This document shows positions 28,246-43,367 of a stretch of DNA of 64,000 nt, piece by piece. Position numbers and translations under genes: made by a program. The stretch is from the human T2T-CHM13v2.0 reference genome, Homo sapiens. The number at the start of each line of letters is the position of its first letter. Within the stretch, counting starts at the first letter, position 1. Location: the NCBI RefSeq assembly GCF_009914755.1, contig NC_060948.1; one strand, given 5' to 3'. The notes under the pieces are model-generated. The model was not told the DNA's origin, made no database searches, and saw nothing but the letters and a program-made list of their open reading frames with translations.

Positions 28246-30930
28246 CCCAGGAACAAAGCCCGTAGGCTCAATCTACTTTATACCACAATTGGATATTACA
28301 GGCCATTGAATAGGATTAAAAAAAAAAAAAAAAAACTCCATTCAAATGTCAGCAACCTCAAAGATATGCCCACAAAGATTTGACAAAATCCGTGCAAAAA
28401 TGTTGAAAACACAAAAAACCACAGTGACTTCTTTCATCCAAATGACCAAATTATGTAATTTGGTCATTTCAGCAAGGCCTAAGATGACAGAAGTAGAATT
28501 CAGAATATGGATAGAAATAAACTTCATTGAGCTACAAATGTAAGTTGCAACCCAATGCAATAAAAGGAAAAAATTGCAGGAATTAATGGAAAAAACAGCC
28601 AATCAGGAGGAAAATGTGGTCAACCTGATAGAGCTGAAAAACACAATACAAAACTTTATAATGTAATCAAAAGTCTTAACAACAGAATAGGCCAAGCAGA
28701 GGAAAGAATCTCAGAACTTCAAGACTGGCTTTCTGAAATAAGACAGACAAGAATAGTGAAAAAAGAATACAGAGAAATGAACCAAAGTCTCTAAGAAATA
28801 CAGGATTATGTAATGAAACCAAATCTATGATTAAAAAGAACATCTGAAATTGATGGGAAGAATGAAAACAACTTGAAATACCTATTTCCAGATATCATCC
28901 ATGAGAATTTTTCCAGCCTAGACAGAGAGGTCAACATTCAAATGAAGGAAATGTGGAGAACCCCAGTAAGATACCCTACAAGAAGGTCACCCTCAAGACA
29001 CGAAATCGTGAGATTCTCCAAGGTCAAAATGAAAGAAAAAAATGTGTTAAAGGCAGTTAGAGTGAAAGGCCAGGCCACCTGTAAAAGAAGACCATCAGAC
29101 AAACAACAAACCTTTCAGCTGAAATCCTACAACTCAAAAGAGACTAGGGGCCAATATTCTACATTCTTTAAAAAAAAAGAATTCCAAACAAGAATTTTCA
29201 GAGGAACCGGCCCCGAATATTTCAACATAGGTTCTTTTCTATTTTCCCTAAGTGTTGGCTGGTCTGAGAAATAAAGGGAAAGAGTAAAAAAAAAAAAAAA
29301 AAAAAAAGGGAAATTTTACAGCTGGGCCTCTCGGAGTGACATCACATGTCAGCAGGTTCTGTGATGTCCACCTGAGCCACAAAACCAGGAAGTTTTTATT
29401 AGGGATCTCAAAAAGGGAGGGGTGTATGAATAGGGAGTGGGTCACAGGGTTCACATGCTTCATAGGGCAATAAAAGATCACAAGGCAAGGGGGCAGAGCA
29501 AGATCACAAGGCAAAGGTGAAATTAGAATTACTGATGAAGGTCCATGTCCCAATGGGCATGCACTATCATTGATAAACATCTTAACAGGAAACAGGGTTT
29601 GAGAGCAGACAACGGATCTGACTAGAATTTGCCAGGCTGGAATTTCCTAATCCTAGCAAGCCTGAGGGCACTGCAGGAGACCAGGAAGTATTTCATCCCT
29701 TATCTTCAACTGCATAAGACAGACACTCCCAGAGCAGCCATGTTAGAGAACTCCCCCTGGGAATGCCTTTTTTTCCCAGGGCTATTCCTTGCTGAGAAAA
29801 GAATTCAAGGATATTTCTCCTATTCACTTCCTGCAAGAAGAGAAGTATGATTCTGTTCTGCCTGGCCCCGTAGGCAGTCAGACCTCATGGCTGTGTCCCT
29901 TGTTCCCTGAACATCGCTGTTATCCTGTTCTTTTTCAGGGTGCCCAGATGTCATATTGTTCAAACACACATGCTTTACAAACAATTTGTGCAGATAACGC
30001 AATCATCACAGGGTCCTGAGGCGACGTACATCCTCAGCTTATGAAGTTGAAAGGATTAAGAGATTAAAGTAAAGACAGGCATTGGAAATTATGAGAGTAT
30101 TGATTGAGGAAGTGATAAATGTCCATGAAATCTTCCCAATTTATGTTCAGAGATTGCAGTAAAGACAGGCATAAGAAATTATAAAAGTATTCATTTGGAG
30201 AACTGACAAATGTCCATGAAATCTTCACAATTTATGTTCTTCTGCCATGGCTTCAGCAGGTGCCTTCATTCAGAGTCCCTGACTTCTCACAACAAGAATT
30301 CTATATCTTACCAAAGCAAGCTACAGAAGTAAAAAATAAATATAATCCTATTCAGATAAGCCAACGCTGAGGAACTCTGTTACCACAAGACCGGCCTTAC
30401 AAGAGCTTCTGAAGAAAGCAGTAAATAAGAGACTATTACAAGTCACTACAAACAAAATAAAAACAAAACAAAAACAAAACAAAACAAAACAAACCCCCAA
30501 AAAACCCACTAAAGTACATAAACAGCTGGCACTATAAAGCAACTACATAAATGTGAAAATTAGCCAGCTAAGATCACAGGGACAGAATCAAATCCACGCA
30601 TAAAAATGCTAACTTTAAATGTAAATGGGCTAAATATCCCAGTTAAAAAACAGAGTGGCAAATTGCATGCAGAGTTAATATCCAAGGGTATGCTGTAACT
30701 GAGACACCCATCTAAAATAAGATAACAATAAATTGAAAAAGAAAAATCTACCAAGCAAATAGAAAACAGGAAAAAAGCAGCCGTTGAGATTATAGTTTCT
30801 AGCAAAACAGACTTTTAAGTCAACATAGATTTTTTTAAAAAGACAAAAAAGAACATTACATAAGAGTAAAGTGCTATATATGCACCCAATACAGAAACAT
30901 ACAGATTATAAACCAAGTTCTTAGAGACCC
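25514..30930 (+). mobile_element. Older primate L1 (L1PA13-16-like): 5'UTR, ORF1 and start of ORF2; 3'-truncated and split by MER11
   Basis: 5' start caagattgccagctagaa; long GC-richer 5'UTR; ORF1 remnants KMTEVEFRIWI and DIIHENFSSLDREVNIQMKEMWRTPVRYPTRRSPSRHEIVRFSKV; ORF2 start ctttaaatgtaaatgggctaaat; ends at caagttcttagagacc. Confidence 0.88.
29197..30294 (-). mobile_element. MER11 solo LTR (HERV-K11/HML-8)
   Basis: Minus strand starts tgttgtgagaagtcagggac...gaagccatggcagaagaacataaattgtgaagatttcatgg; ~1.1 kb; 6-bp TSD AGAATT at 29191-29196 and 30295-30300. Confidence 0.92.
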
Positions 30931-30933
30931 TCC

Positions 30934-31752
<819 letters not shown>

Positions 31753-32304
31753 CTGAAACAAACAAACAAAAAAAGACAAAATTTCTCCCTCATTCGACTC
31801 AGGTGAATACACTTGACAAATGTGTAATTATACAAAGCACATTAACAAGGTGACAATAAAATACCACAGGGCCTAATTCCTTTATAAACATATAAGTTTA
31901 ACATAATATACTTACCAAAATGCCTTTGTGAGAAGTCCAAGACTCAGTTAAGCATTTGCAGCACCAAGTGAGCAAAATGCCAAGAACCACATAGGAGTGT
32001 AATAAAAGTATTTCATATTTACCCACTACACACATATTTTATCCTATGAAAAGTGTAGAGACTGACAACTCCTGTCTTACCCCTTCAAAAATAAATAAAA
32101 CAGTGACATGTCCATGCTTCTGGCTTTTTGAGTTTTTACCAAAGACAAATTCCTACATTCCAAGACAGTGTTGAAAGGAAAGATGGTATACTTTGACTGA
32201 GACTAAAGACAAATAACTGTTACAAAAAAAGAAAGACTTCAGTATCATAGGCAGACTATGGGTATCCAGCTGACTGCAGGATCTCAGTGAGAAATATGGG
32301 GAAC

Positions 32305-32411
32305 GGCTGGGAGTATTGGATCACACCTGTAATTCTAGCTATTTGGGAGGCTGAGGTGGGTGGATCAGCTGAGGTAAGAAGTTCAAGACCAGCCAGGTCA
32401 ACATGGTGAAA
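32305..32411 (+). mobile_element. Truncated Alu (left arm only)
   Basis: ggctggg...cacacctgtaattctagc...gaagttcaagaccagccaggtcaacatggtgaaa, joined directly to the L1 remnant. Confidence 0.85.
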
Positions 32412-34150
32412 TATCCAGAAATCAGTTATAAAAAATGGAGATATAAATGGTAATATAAAAATTACCAGAGGCGATTTGGGTTAGTTTAGATCTATTTTTA
32501 AAAAGAAAAAAAAAAAGTGCTAAAAAGTGAAAATCACCGTGTCAATGATGCTTAATCAGTAAAATAGAAATAAAGAAAAAAACATAAAAATAAATAAATG
32601 AAACCAACAAAAGATAAAAGTCACAAAAAGGAATGAAAATTGTGCAGTAGAAGCACAAAAAAAGACTAATATGCAGTTCAACATCAGTAAAAAATTTTAA
32701 GAAACTCAAGAAGCTCAGACAATTTCAACTAAGGTTAACACAAAGAGATTTCTAACAAGACAAAACATAAGCAATGTTTTGAAAGTCAGAGAAAAGAAGA
32801 GAATCTGGAATTCAGAAATAAAAAATAGATGTGTTATTCATATGTATGCTTCTGCAAGATTACCAGTAAATTTATGAATGTCAATCTTTTGGGCATGAAG
32901 GGAATAAGATGACATAGTTAAAACACTGAAATAAATAGCCTAATAAAGAATACTATAGCCTGCAAAATTATCTTTCCAAATGAAAAAAAAAAATGTGGCT
33001 ATGTTGTAGTCTATATCAGGATGTAACTATGTCATGCCTTTAAGAGACTCATTTCAGATCTAATAAAAATTAGACTGAAAATGGCAGTATAAAAATACAT
33101 TCCATGCAAGTGTTAATCAAATGAGAGGAGAAGAGGTAACAATTTATTAAGTTGAAAACTGTTATATTTATATAATTTATTTTATGTTAAAATTCACAAG
33201 GGACAAAGTAGGACATTCAAATGCAGTAAGAGGGTTCATTCACTGAGAACCTATAAATGCAGGACAGTTATTCCAAACACATAAATCAAACATTGACAGA
33301 ATTGAATCAAAAATAGGCAGGCAGCAATGAGATAGTGGAAGTATATATCAATACCCCACTTTCAGTAATAAATAAAGCAAGACAGAATATCAATGAGGGA
33401 ACAAAAACTTGAATGTACTGTACAACAACTACACCTAAGAAATGTATAGAGACAACAGAATAGACTTTCTTTTCAATAGCACATAAAACATTTTCCTAGA
33501 TGGACCACATGTGACACCACAAAAGAAGTCTTAATTATTTTTCAGTTGAAATTTTACAGAAAATTATTTATAGCCCAGACGGAATGGAACTAGAATTTAG
33601 TAACAAAAGAAAAGCAGAAAAACTCCAAAAATATAAAAATTAAGCAACACAGTTTTTTTTTTTTTTCTTTTGAGATGGACTCTCACTCTGGCACTCCGGA
33701 GCTAGGTTGGAGTCCAGTGGCACAATCTCAGCTCCACTGCAATCTCCACCTCCTTGGTTCAAGCCCTACTTGGCCTCCAAAAGTTCTGGGATTAGAGGTA
33801 TGAGCTACCATGCCCAGAAAACAACGCACTTTTAAGCATGCTGTTTTTCAAGGGTTGGAAGATAAAATATTATGAAGATGTCCATACTGCTTAAAGTGAA
33901 GCACACCGGCAACACACTCCTTTTCAATTTTTAATTTTACTTTTCCAAAAATAGACAAAACTCCACAAAATTACTTGAGATTCCAATAAACCATGAAAAG
34001 CCTGACAATCTTAAAAATATATATAGGAAGCATTACACATAACAATTTCCAAACACAAAGCAAACCTACATTAATCAAAGGATTGTGCTGCCGGTATAAT
34101 GGTAGAACACCAAAGTCATGAAACAAAATTCAGCACAGATATAAACTCTT
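32411..34150 (+). mobile_element. Old L1 remnant, paralog of ~710-2572
   Basis: Colinear with 710-2572 (tatccagaaatc..., gcaagtgtta[ac/at]caaatgagaggagaagagg, gcacagatataaact). Confidence 0.8.
33653..33816 (-). mobile_element. Internally deleted Alu, positional paralog of the Alu at 1943-2235
   Basis: Same flanks (aagcaacaca ... acaac[a/g]cactttt); middle ~130 bp missing. Confidence 0.85.
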
Positions 34151-37100
34151 GAATAGACAGGAGAGACATCACCTAGGTTTTGCATTCAGCCATATGTCGC
34201 AATTCCTTCAATAAGCAAGACCCAGGCAAGAGAGCGGAGTTACATTTCAATAAGCAAGACCCAGGCAGGAGAGCAGAGTGATATTTCAAAATGTCCTCTG
34301 GGTGCGGGACAGAGGCTGGAGAGACACATCACCTAGCCGAAAAGACCAGAAATATGTAATAATATCCCCTGTTGACAGGGCCCAGGCAGAAGAGTCAAGT
34401 TATTATGATTCTGTCCCATTGACATGTAACAATAAACCCATGGAAAGGAATATGAGCCAAAAAGTCTCAACACCTGCATACTATGTCCAGTCGTATGACA
34501 CAATCTCCTCATCTTTGAGAGTGACAGTTTTAACTTTTACCTGAATATGTATATTAGCGTCACAATTTCACATGTGTGCTGGGCCAATATACAACACTGT
34601 CTACAGGAGCTGAGGGTTTTATAAACCTGCATAAGAATTGCAAAGCTCTCTGAGGACTACATGCTCCTATGGACTCACAATCTTACATATGGCCCTAAAC
34701 TCAGGTTTGATAGTCATCATCTCCCTATAGGCAGGGTTAGGGAGGAAGACCCATTATTATGCCAGTGGGCTGGGTCCAGAAATGAGTCACCATCCCAACT
34801 TTTGTCAGATTAACATATAAAAGTCAAACCTCCAACTTTGTGCTGTATTCCCTGTTAGACTCAGGACCTCAACCTTGGACATTGTAAACGTTGGATGATG
34901 ACAACTTTTGATTTCACCTGGGTGTGTAACCAGGAGTCTCAATCTGAACTTTTTGCTGGGCCCTGTTATGAAACATTCTACCACCAAAGAGTTTGAAAAA
35001 ATATAACTCAGTGTTAAGCTTCTATGACCTTGGTAGAAATATGTAACCCAGGAACTTACCTATTGCCCTAAGCCTAATGATGAGAGGTAAAATATCTCCT
35101 ATTGGCTGAATCCCAAAATAAGTTTGATCATCATGCCTGTGAACTAAAAGCAAGATATATGTCATAATCCCATATGTGGCCAAATAAGTATGCAGGAGGG
35201 AAACATCACTTATATGGTGTGCCAGGCAATATGTCAAATTGCCTTCTTCAGGCAGGGTATAGGGGATATTAGGTCACAATAACCGGGTGCTGGAGCCAGC
35301 AATATGACAACATCTCACATGTAGAAAATACCCAGCCAAGTTAGGAGAGCCAAAACATCTGCATTATGGGCTGAAGATATGTCAAAATACCTTCAGTGGC
35401 TCCAACACAGGCCGGAGAGTCACATCATAAGGATGCTGGGCTTATCAATATGCAATATGCCATAGTTTCTTCTTTGTGCAAAACCCAGGCAGGTGAGTAA
35501 CATCATCGGGATGCTGGGCCCTGCAATAGGTCCAAATTCTTTTTTTGTGGGCATGGCTCGGGAACAAGAGGAGAGTCACATATTCTGCGTGCTGGGATCA
35601 GCAATGTGCCAAAATCCTCTTAATGTGAAGCCCCAGGCAGAAAAATAGAGTCACATTTTTAGATCATGGGCTCAGAAATATGTCCAAATGTTTCCAGTAG
35701 GCAGGGCTCATTGAGACGAGGAAAGTCATATCACCTGGGTGCTTCCCTTCAAATATGCATAATGTAACATGTAAGCAGAAACAAGGTAGAGGAGCCACGT
35801 CCCTTGGGTGCTGGGTCCTGAGATATGTCACAAGGCTGTCTTAGGATATCATCCAGGAAAGGGAGTTACATAAATGAGGTACAAATTCTCTGCTTATTCC
35901 ACAATGCTCCATGTGAGTAGATCCCAGAGAGGGAGTCACTTCAACCAGGTGATAGCTGAAGAGACGTGTCACAGTGTCCTCTATGAAGCACAGCCCTGGC
36001 TAAAGAGTACCCTCACCTGTGTGCCTGGCCTAGAAATATGTCACTCTCCAGGTTGGCAGGGCCCAAGCCGGAGAGCCACATAACTTAGGTGACAGGCCTA
36101 GAGATATGTCACAGTGCCCTACTTTCAGCATGGCTCTGGCAAAAGAATACCCTCACCTGTGTGACTGGCATTGCAATATGTCACTATCCTTCCTTCGGGC
36201 AGGGCCCATTCCAAAGAAGAGAGTTACATCACCTATGAGGTGGACACAGGAATATGTCACAGTAATTTTTGTGGACATGGCACAGGCAAGAATGTAACAT
36301 CACCTGGCTGCTAGATCCAGTGATCTGTCACAACACTTACTGAGAGAAGAGCCCAGGCATGGCAGTCATATCCCCTTGAGGCTGACCCAGCTAGATATCA
36401 CAATTTCATATATAAACTGGGACCATTCTGGAAAGTCCAACTACACAGGTGCTTGGCAAATATGTATATCACAATCACACTGTCAGAAAATGTCAAAGGT
36501 GAGTTTTATGATACCACACATGTCCTGTTTTTACGTGTGACAGTTGGCTGCAACCATGTGGGATGATGACAGTTATTTCTGTCAGCTGGGTTTGCATACA
36601 GGACTCACAATTTCACCTGTGTGCTGAGTGCTACATTGGTTCTGCTTGTATAACCCAAAGACTCTATAAAAGTATGTGTCAATGTTGTAATCTTTTGTGA
36701 TGTTTGTACAAGAATGTGATCCATGATATCACACATGTCCCTACACCTAGTTATAAGAGCCTAAATATTCTCTATTTGCTGAGTTCACATCTAAGAGTCG
36801 TTATCATTCCTGCGAGCCTTGCGTAGGTATATGTTACAATTCCATGAGTGGTTATGAAGCAGGCAGAACAGCCTCATCACCTAAATTCTGGGCCTGAAAT
36901 ATTTCAATATTATCTTTGTAGACAGGGTCCTGTCAGAAATGCCACATGACTTGTGTGCTGGGTCCAGCTCTGTGGCACAATGTCCCTTGTGGGTAGTGTC
37001 CAGGAAGAAGAGGAGAGTAATATCACCTAAATGATAGGCCCCAAAATATGTCAAAATGCCTCCTGTTGACAGGGCCCAGGAAAGAGAGTCGTATCATTTA

Positions 37101-40100
37101 GATGCAGTGTTTAGAAATGCTACAATTACCAAAGTAAGCAGGGTACAGGCAGGAGAGGAGAATCATGTAACCTAGATGATGTGTTCAGAAATATGATACA
37201 ATCCCTCCTGAGGCCATTGTTAAAATAGCACGGTAAAATCATCAAGTTACTTGGCCAGGTATTTGTCAAAATCTGATTTGTGGGCTATACCTAGGAAGAA
37301 TTATTAAATCTCTCTGGAGCTGGACAAAGGTATGTGTCACAATTTCACTTGTGGAAAGATTTAGGAATTACAGTCACCATCCTGCACATGTCCTGGCTCC
37401 AAACATATGAGTTGTTATTAGGCTTTTGTTTTGGTCTCAGGTATATGACACAATATCACCTGTGGCCAGAAAGAAGGCAAGAAACTCACATCACCTACAT
37501 GGGTGCAGGTCCAGTGAGATGTTGCAATCCACCTGGTGGGCAAAACCCTTGCAGAATTGTCAGATCACTTGGATGCTGGTTTCAGTGATATATTTTTAAA
37601 AAGCCCTCTGTGGGAAGGACTTTGGCATGAGAGAAGACTCACTTCATCTAGGAAATTGGCCTAGATTATGTCACAATGACCATTAACTGCAGTAAGAAGG
37701 CTAAAGAGTGCCCTCACCTTGGTGCTGTACCCAGGAATATGTCCCAAGCTCCCTGTGGTCAGGACACAATGAAAAGTGAAGAAACATCACCCAGGTGCTG
37801 AGCCAAGTGGTATGTTACTATGTTGGCAGAACCCCCCAAAAAATCACATCTCCTGGGTGCAGTAGCCTGTTATGTGTCACAGTGCTCTGTAACTGCAGGG
37901 CCAAGACAGTAGAAGAGAGTGACATCACTTATGTGATGGACCTAAATGTAAGACACAATTCTCTTTTTAGGCAGTTTTCAGGCAGGTAAATCACATCACC
38001 TGGGTGACGGTCCCAGTGATATATAAAAGTGCCCCTTATAGGCAGAGACAAGGATGATGTTATATATTGATTAGGGGCTTGTTCCGCATATGGCAAAATT
38101 TCATCTGTGGTCTGGGCCTAGAAATGTGCATCAAATTACTCATATGCTGGGAAGGGTTGCATGACCCAATCATACTTTCAAGAAGGTTCAGAAATAATTT
38201 TCAGTTCACTCAAGTCCGAGCTTTGAGTATGCGAATCAACACATTCTACGAGTTGGGTTGTAGTACAGGAGTCACAATCTCAGCAATGGGAAGATCCATG
38301 TGTAAGAGCCCCAATCCCACCCGAAGACTGTGTTCTAATAAGAGAGACACAGCACCACAGTTCTACTTAATCATGGTTCCAATGCCATCAAACACCTGTG
38401 GATCAGATTCACGTACAAGTGTAACAGTTTCAAGTCTTATGTGTGTGAGATTTAGCACTGCATTGGTAGGCTCTGTTCATGTGTGAGAATAACAATTGTG
38501 TCAGCTTGGTGTGCATTCAAGAGTCACAATACCACCTGGTTTTGGGTGCCTGTTATGACACTCTTTGTACCACTCAGGCTTTATACGATATGCCTGAGTG
38601 GGATACTTTTCTGTGTATTCTTAGAGGTGGGTAATATAGAACTCTACCCATGGCCATAGAGTTATTATTGTGCATGTGAGCTGAATCCAGGTATATGTCC
38701 CAAATTCACCTTTGGACAGAGACAAGACAGAAGAGTCTCATCATCTGGATTCTGATCCAGGGATACATTTTATTCTGCACTGTAGGCAGGACTCAGTCAG
38801 AAGAATCATATCACCTGGGTACACTCTCAAATAATATGTCATCATGCCTACTGAATACAGGGATTAAAAAAAGTGGATAGTCAAATTCTCTAAGGACTGG
38901 GCTCAGCACATCTTCTCGGACTCTCTTGGCAGAGCCCAGGACAAAGGGGAGAGTCACATCACCTAGGTTTTTCACTCAGTGGTATGTCACAATTTCTTCA
39001 GTGGGCAGGATTCAGCAGGAGAGGAGATTCACATTACCTAGATGCTTTATCTAGTGATATGTCACAGTGTCCTTTGTGGGCAGGGCACTGGCAGGAGAGA
39101 CACACCACTTAGCTGATAGGCCTAAAGACATGTGATCATATCCCCTGTTGTCAGGGTCCAAGCAGAGGGTTAAACTATTATGATTCTAAGCAAGGGATGT
39201 TTTACAATGCAACCATGGAAAAGAATTTAAGCCTAAAATTCTCAACACCTAGAGGTACTAGGCCTCGTGATATGGCACAATCTCTTCATCTATTAGGGTG
39301 ACAACTTTGACTGTTTGGTGAGTATATAGGAGTCACAATCTCATGTGTATTCTGGGTGATCCTATGACACAATCTACAACATACAAAGGCTTTAAGCAAC
39401 ATGCATGAGAGTTGCAATCCATTCTGAGGCCTACATGCTCCTATTGACTCACAATCTTACATACTGCTTTAAACTCAGTTATGATAGGCAACATTCCTCT
39501 TATAGGCTAGATTCAGACAGAAGACACATTATTATGCCCCTGATGTGGGTCCAGAAGTGAGTTACCATCTCACCTGTAGCAAGATCCATATATGAAAGTC
39601 ACAATTCCATCTTTGTACTTTATTTACTTGTTAGACTCAGGACTTCAACAGTGGGCTTTGTAAATGTGGGATTTTGACAACTTTTTCTCTCACCTGCATG
39701 TGTAATCAAGAGTCAAAACCTTAACTTTTACTGGGCCCTGTTATAAAACTCTGTGTACCAACCAAGGAGTTTATAGATTATGTGTTACTGTTGTAACCTT
39801 CTGTGAACTTTGTACAAATTTGCAACTCATAACCTTACCTATTGTTCTAAGTGTAGCCATGAAAGACAAAACATCTACTATTGGTGAAATTTCAATTTCA
39901 GCTTGATCATAATGCGTCTGAATTGAAGGAATGTAAATTTCATACCATTTGTAGAAAAAAAAAAAAACTTTTCAGAAAGGTAGCATACTTAGGTGCTGTG
40001 CCAAGCAATATATCACAAGGCCCTCTCAATGCAGGTCTAGAAATTGGGGTTATGATAACTGGGTGCTGGACTCAGCAATAAGACATAAACCCAAATGTAG

Positions 40101-43100
40101 AATATGTAGGAAAAAGAAATGCATACTAATGATGAGAACAAGATTACCTACAGAATAGGCCCATGGTATGTAAAAATACTTTGTTATTCTAGCACAGGCA
40201 AAAGAGTTACATCATCAGGGTGGGGGCCCCAGCAATATGCCATAATTCTCTCTTTATGCTGGACCTAGTAACAAGAGAACTGTCATCTTCATGCTGGGAT
40301 CAGTGATACATCAAAGTTCCTTTTCATGGGCATAGTTCAGGAAAAAAGGAGTCAATTTACCTAAGTATTGGGCCTAGCAGTATATCACATCACCCCATTC
40401 TAAAGGCTCTTGCAGAAAAAAAGATTCACATCACTTAAGACACAGGCTCAGATATATGGCCCAATGTCCCAAGTAGGCAGGACTCATGCAGAAGAGAAGA
40501 GTCATATCACCTAGGTGCTTCCTAGGTATATGACACAATCTAACATGTGAGGTGAAGCCAGGCAGAAGAGTCACATCACCTTGATGCTGGGTCCTAAGAT
40601 ATGTCACAAGACTTCCTTAAGACAGGACACAGAAAAGAGAGTTACAAAAAATAAGTACAAAAAAATATCACAATGCTCCATGTGGGCAAGACAGAAGCAG
40701 GGAGTCACATCACCTAGGGGACTGGCCGAGAGATATGTCACAATGTCCTCCTTGAGTCATGGCCCTGGTGAAAGAGTACCATCACCCATGTGCGTAGCCT
40801 AGCAATATGTCCACTATCCAGGTAAGCAGGACCCAAGCAGGAGAGCAACATCATCTAGCTGATAGGCCCAGAGATTTGTCACAGTGACCTCTTTAGGACA
40901 TGGCCCTAGCAAGAAAGTACCATCACCTCTGTGCATTATGTTGTTATCCAGGTAAGCAGTACCCAAGCAGGAGTGCAGTATCACCTAGGATAGGCCAAGA
41001 GATTTGTCACAATGCCCTCTTTAGGACATGGTACTAGCAAAATAGTCCTGTCACCTCTGTGCCTGGCCCAGCCACATGTCACTATCACCCACTGAGTGCT
41101 GTGCCCATTCTAATAAGGAGAGTTGTGTTGCCTAAGTTGTTGACACAGTGGTATGGCCCAGTGATTTCTCTATGCATGGCTTAGGCAAAAATGTAACATG
41201 ACCTGGGTGCTGGATCTAGTGATATGTCATGATTCTTAATGACAGCAGGGCCGAGGCAGGAGCATCACATCACCTAAAGTTTGGCCCAGGTAGGTATCAC
41301 AATAACATATGTGGACTGGAACAAGTCTGGAGAACAAAATCACACAGGTGCTTGGCGAAGATTTATATCACTCACACTGGCAGAAAATTCTGAGGATGAG
41401 ATTTATAATACCACACATGTCCTGTTTTCATGATTGACAGTTGGCATCATATATGTGAGACGGTGACAGTACTTGCTGTCAGCTGAGTGCACATATAAGA
41501 CTCACAGTTTCACCTTTCTCTTGGGTTCTGTTATAAAACTCTCTGTATGGGCCAAGGTGTTTATAAAACATCTGAGGCTCTTATAACCTTCCTTGTCTTC
41601 TTTTTTACCAGAAAGTGATTTAATCTCTCATGTTTCTGAAGCAAGTTATGAGACTCAGAATTAACCGTATTTACGGGGTCCACATATGAGGGTCATTATC
41701 ATGTCTCTAAGTTGTACCTAGGTATATGTAACAATTTATATTGTGGCTTATGAAATAGGCACGACAGCCAAGTACACTAAATGCTGAGCCAGAAATGTTC
41801 TAATATTCTCCTTGTAGGCATACTCCTGGCAGTAAAGTTGCATAAACTGGGGGTTACACCCAGATATATGGCACAATGCTCCTGTGGGCAGTTTCCAGAC
41901 AGAAGAAGAGACTCATATCACCTAAATGCTAGGACCAGAGATATGCCGCAATGTCTCGTGTTGAAGGGACCAGGAAATGGAGTCATATCATTTGGATGGC
42001 ATGATTAGAGATGCTGGAATCCCCAGTGGAAGGAGGGTTCAGACAGCAGAGGAGAGTAAGACAACTAGACGAGGGGTCCAAAGCCATGTTACAATCCTTC
42101 CTGAGGATATTCTTAAGACAGGAGAGTCAAATTGCCAAGGTGCTCAGCTGAGTAATATGTCCAAATCTCATTTGTGGGCAACATTTAGGCAAGATGATTA
42201 AGTCACTCAAGAGATGGGAAATAGACTATGTCACAATAACACTGGTGGAAAGTTTCAGCAATGGGAGTCACCATCTTTGATGTGACCTGGCTTCAGGTCT
42301 AACAGTCATGATTAGTCCTCTTGTTTGCTCTCAAGTATATGGCATGATATCGTCTATGGACAGAGAGCAAGCAGAAATGTCACATCACTTGTGAGGGTGC
42401 TGGTCCAGTGAGATGTCACAATCTTTCTTGTGGCCAGGACCCTGGAAGAAGAGGCATATCACCTGGAAGCTGGTTTCAGTGATATGTCAAAATTTCTTCT
42501 GTTGGGCAGGGCTTAAGAAGGTGAGGAGAATCACTTTACCTACATCTAGGCAATTGGCCTAGATATATGTCACAATGGCCACTAGGTGCAAAACCAAAGT
42601 ATGAAAATGACCTCACCTTGGAGGTGGGTTTATCAATATGTCACAATCTCCCCTGTGGTCAGGGTGAGGTAGGAGAGTAGAAACATCACCTAAGTGCTAA
42701 GCCAAGTGATATGTTACAAAGCTTTCTGTTTGTAGAACCCAGAATGGAGTGTCACATTTTCTGAGTGTACTATCCAGTTATGTGTCACAATGCACCATAA
42801 TTACAGGGCAAAGGCAGTGGAAGTGAGTCACGTCACTTACATGATGGACCTAGATAAAAGCCACAATGCTTTATATAGGCAGGAATCAAGCAAATAATAC
42901 ACATCTCCTGGCTGCTCATCCCAGTGATATGTAAAAGTGACATTTGTAGGCAGGCCCAGGCACCTTTGCTTAGGTTTTTGGTCCACATATGTCACAATTT
43001 CATCTCGGGTTATGGCCTAAAAAGGAGAGTCAAATTACTCAGGACCTGGGCTAACTTTTAAGTCCTAATCATACACCAGGAAATATTCTGAAGTAAGTTT

Positions 43101-43361
43101 CACAGCCCCACACAAGTCCTGGCTTTATGTATGAAAGTCAACACCTTCTGTGAGTTGGGTCGAAACAGAGGAGACACAATCTAAACAATGGGCATAATCC
43201 ATGTAGAAGATGGCAATCCCACTTGATAACTGCATTCCAGGGGGAGAGTCCCAGCCTCACAGATGTGCTGAACCATGCAACCCCAAACCACCTGTGAGTC
43301 AGATCCACATATGAGAGGAACAATTTCAATCTTTTACTGCTCTTTTGGTGAGATTTAGTAC

Positions 43362-43367
43362 TTTATT
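43362..43367 (-). promoter_or_regulatory. Candidate poly(A) signal (AATAAA) for a terminal BPY2 3'UTR exon
   Basis: tttatt on +; ~7.2 kb downstream of the stop, consistent with my recollection of the BPY2 gene end; candidate acceptors near 43884 or 43731. Confidence 0.5.

Noticed and set aside
28873-29274. 133-aa ORF
   Set aside because: Decayed L1 ORF1p fragment running into the MER11 LTR.
30068-30240. ~85-90 bp direct repeat (gtaaagacaggca...aatttatgttc x2)
   Set aside because: Lies within MER11 and, as I recall, is part of the family structure.
35022-35237. ORF resembling BPY2 exon 2 as a possible second BPY2 gene
   Set aside because: It is a repeat paralog: the donor is GC and the neighbouring exon-1 homolog (~37420) lacks the ATG.
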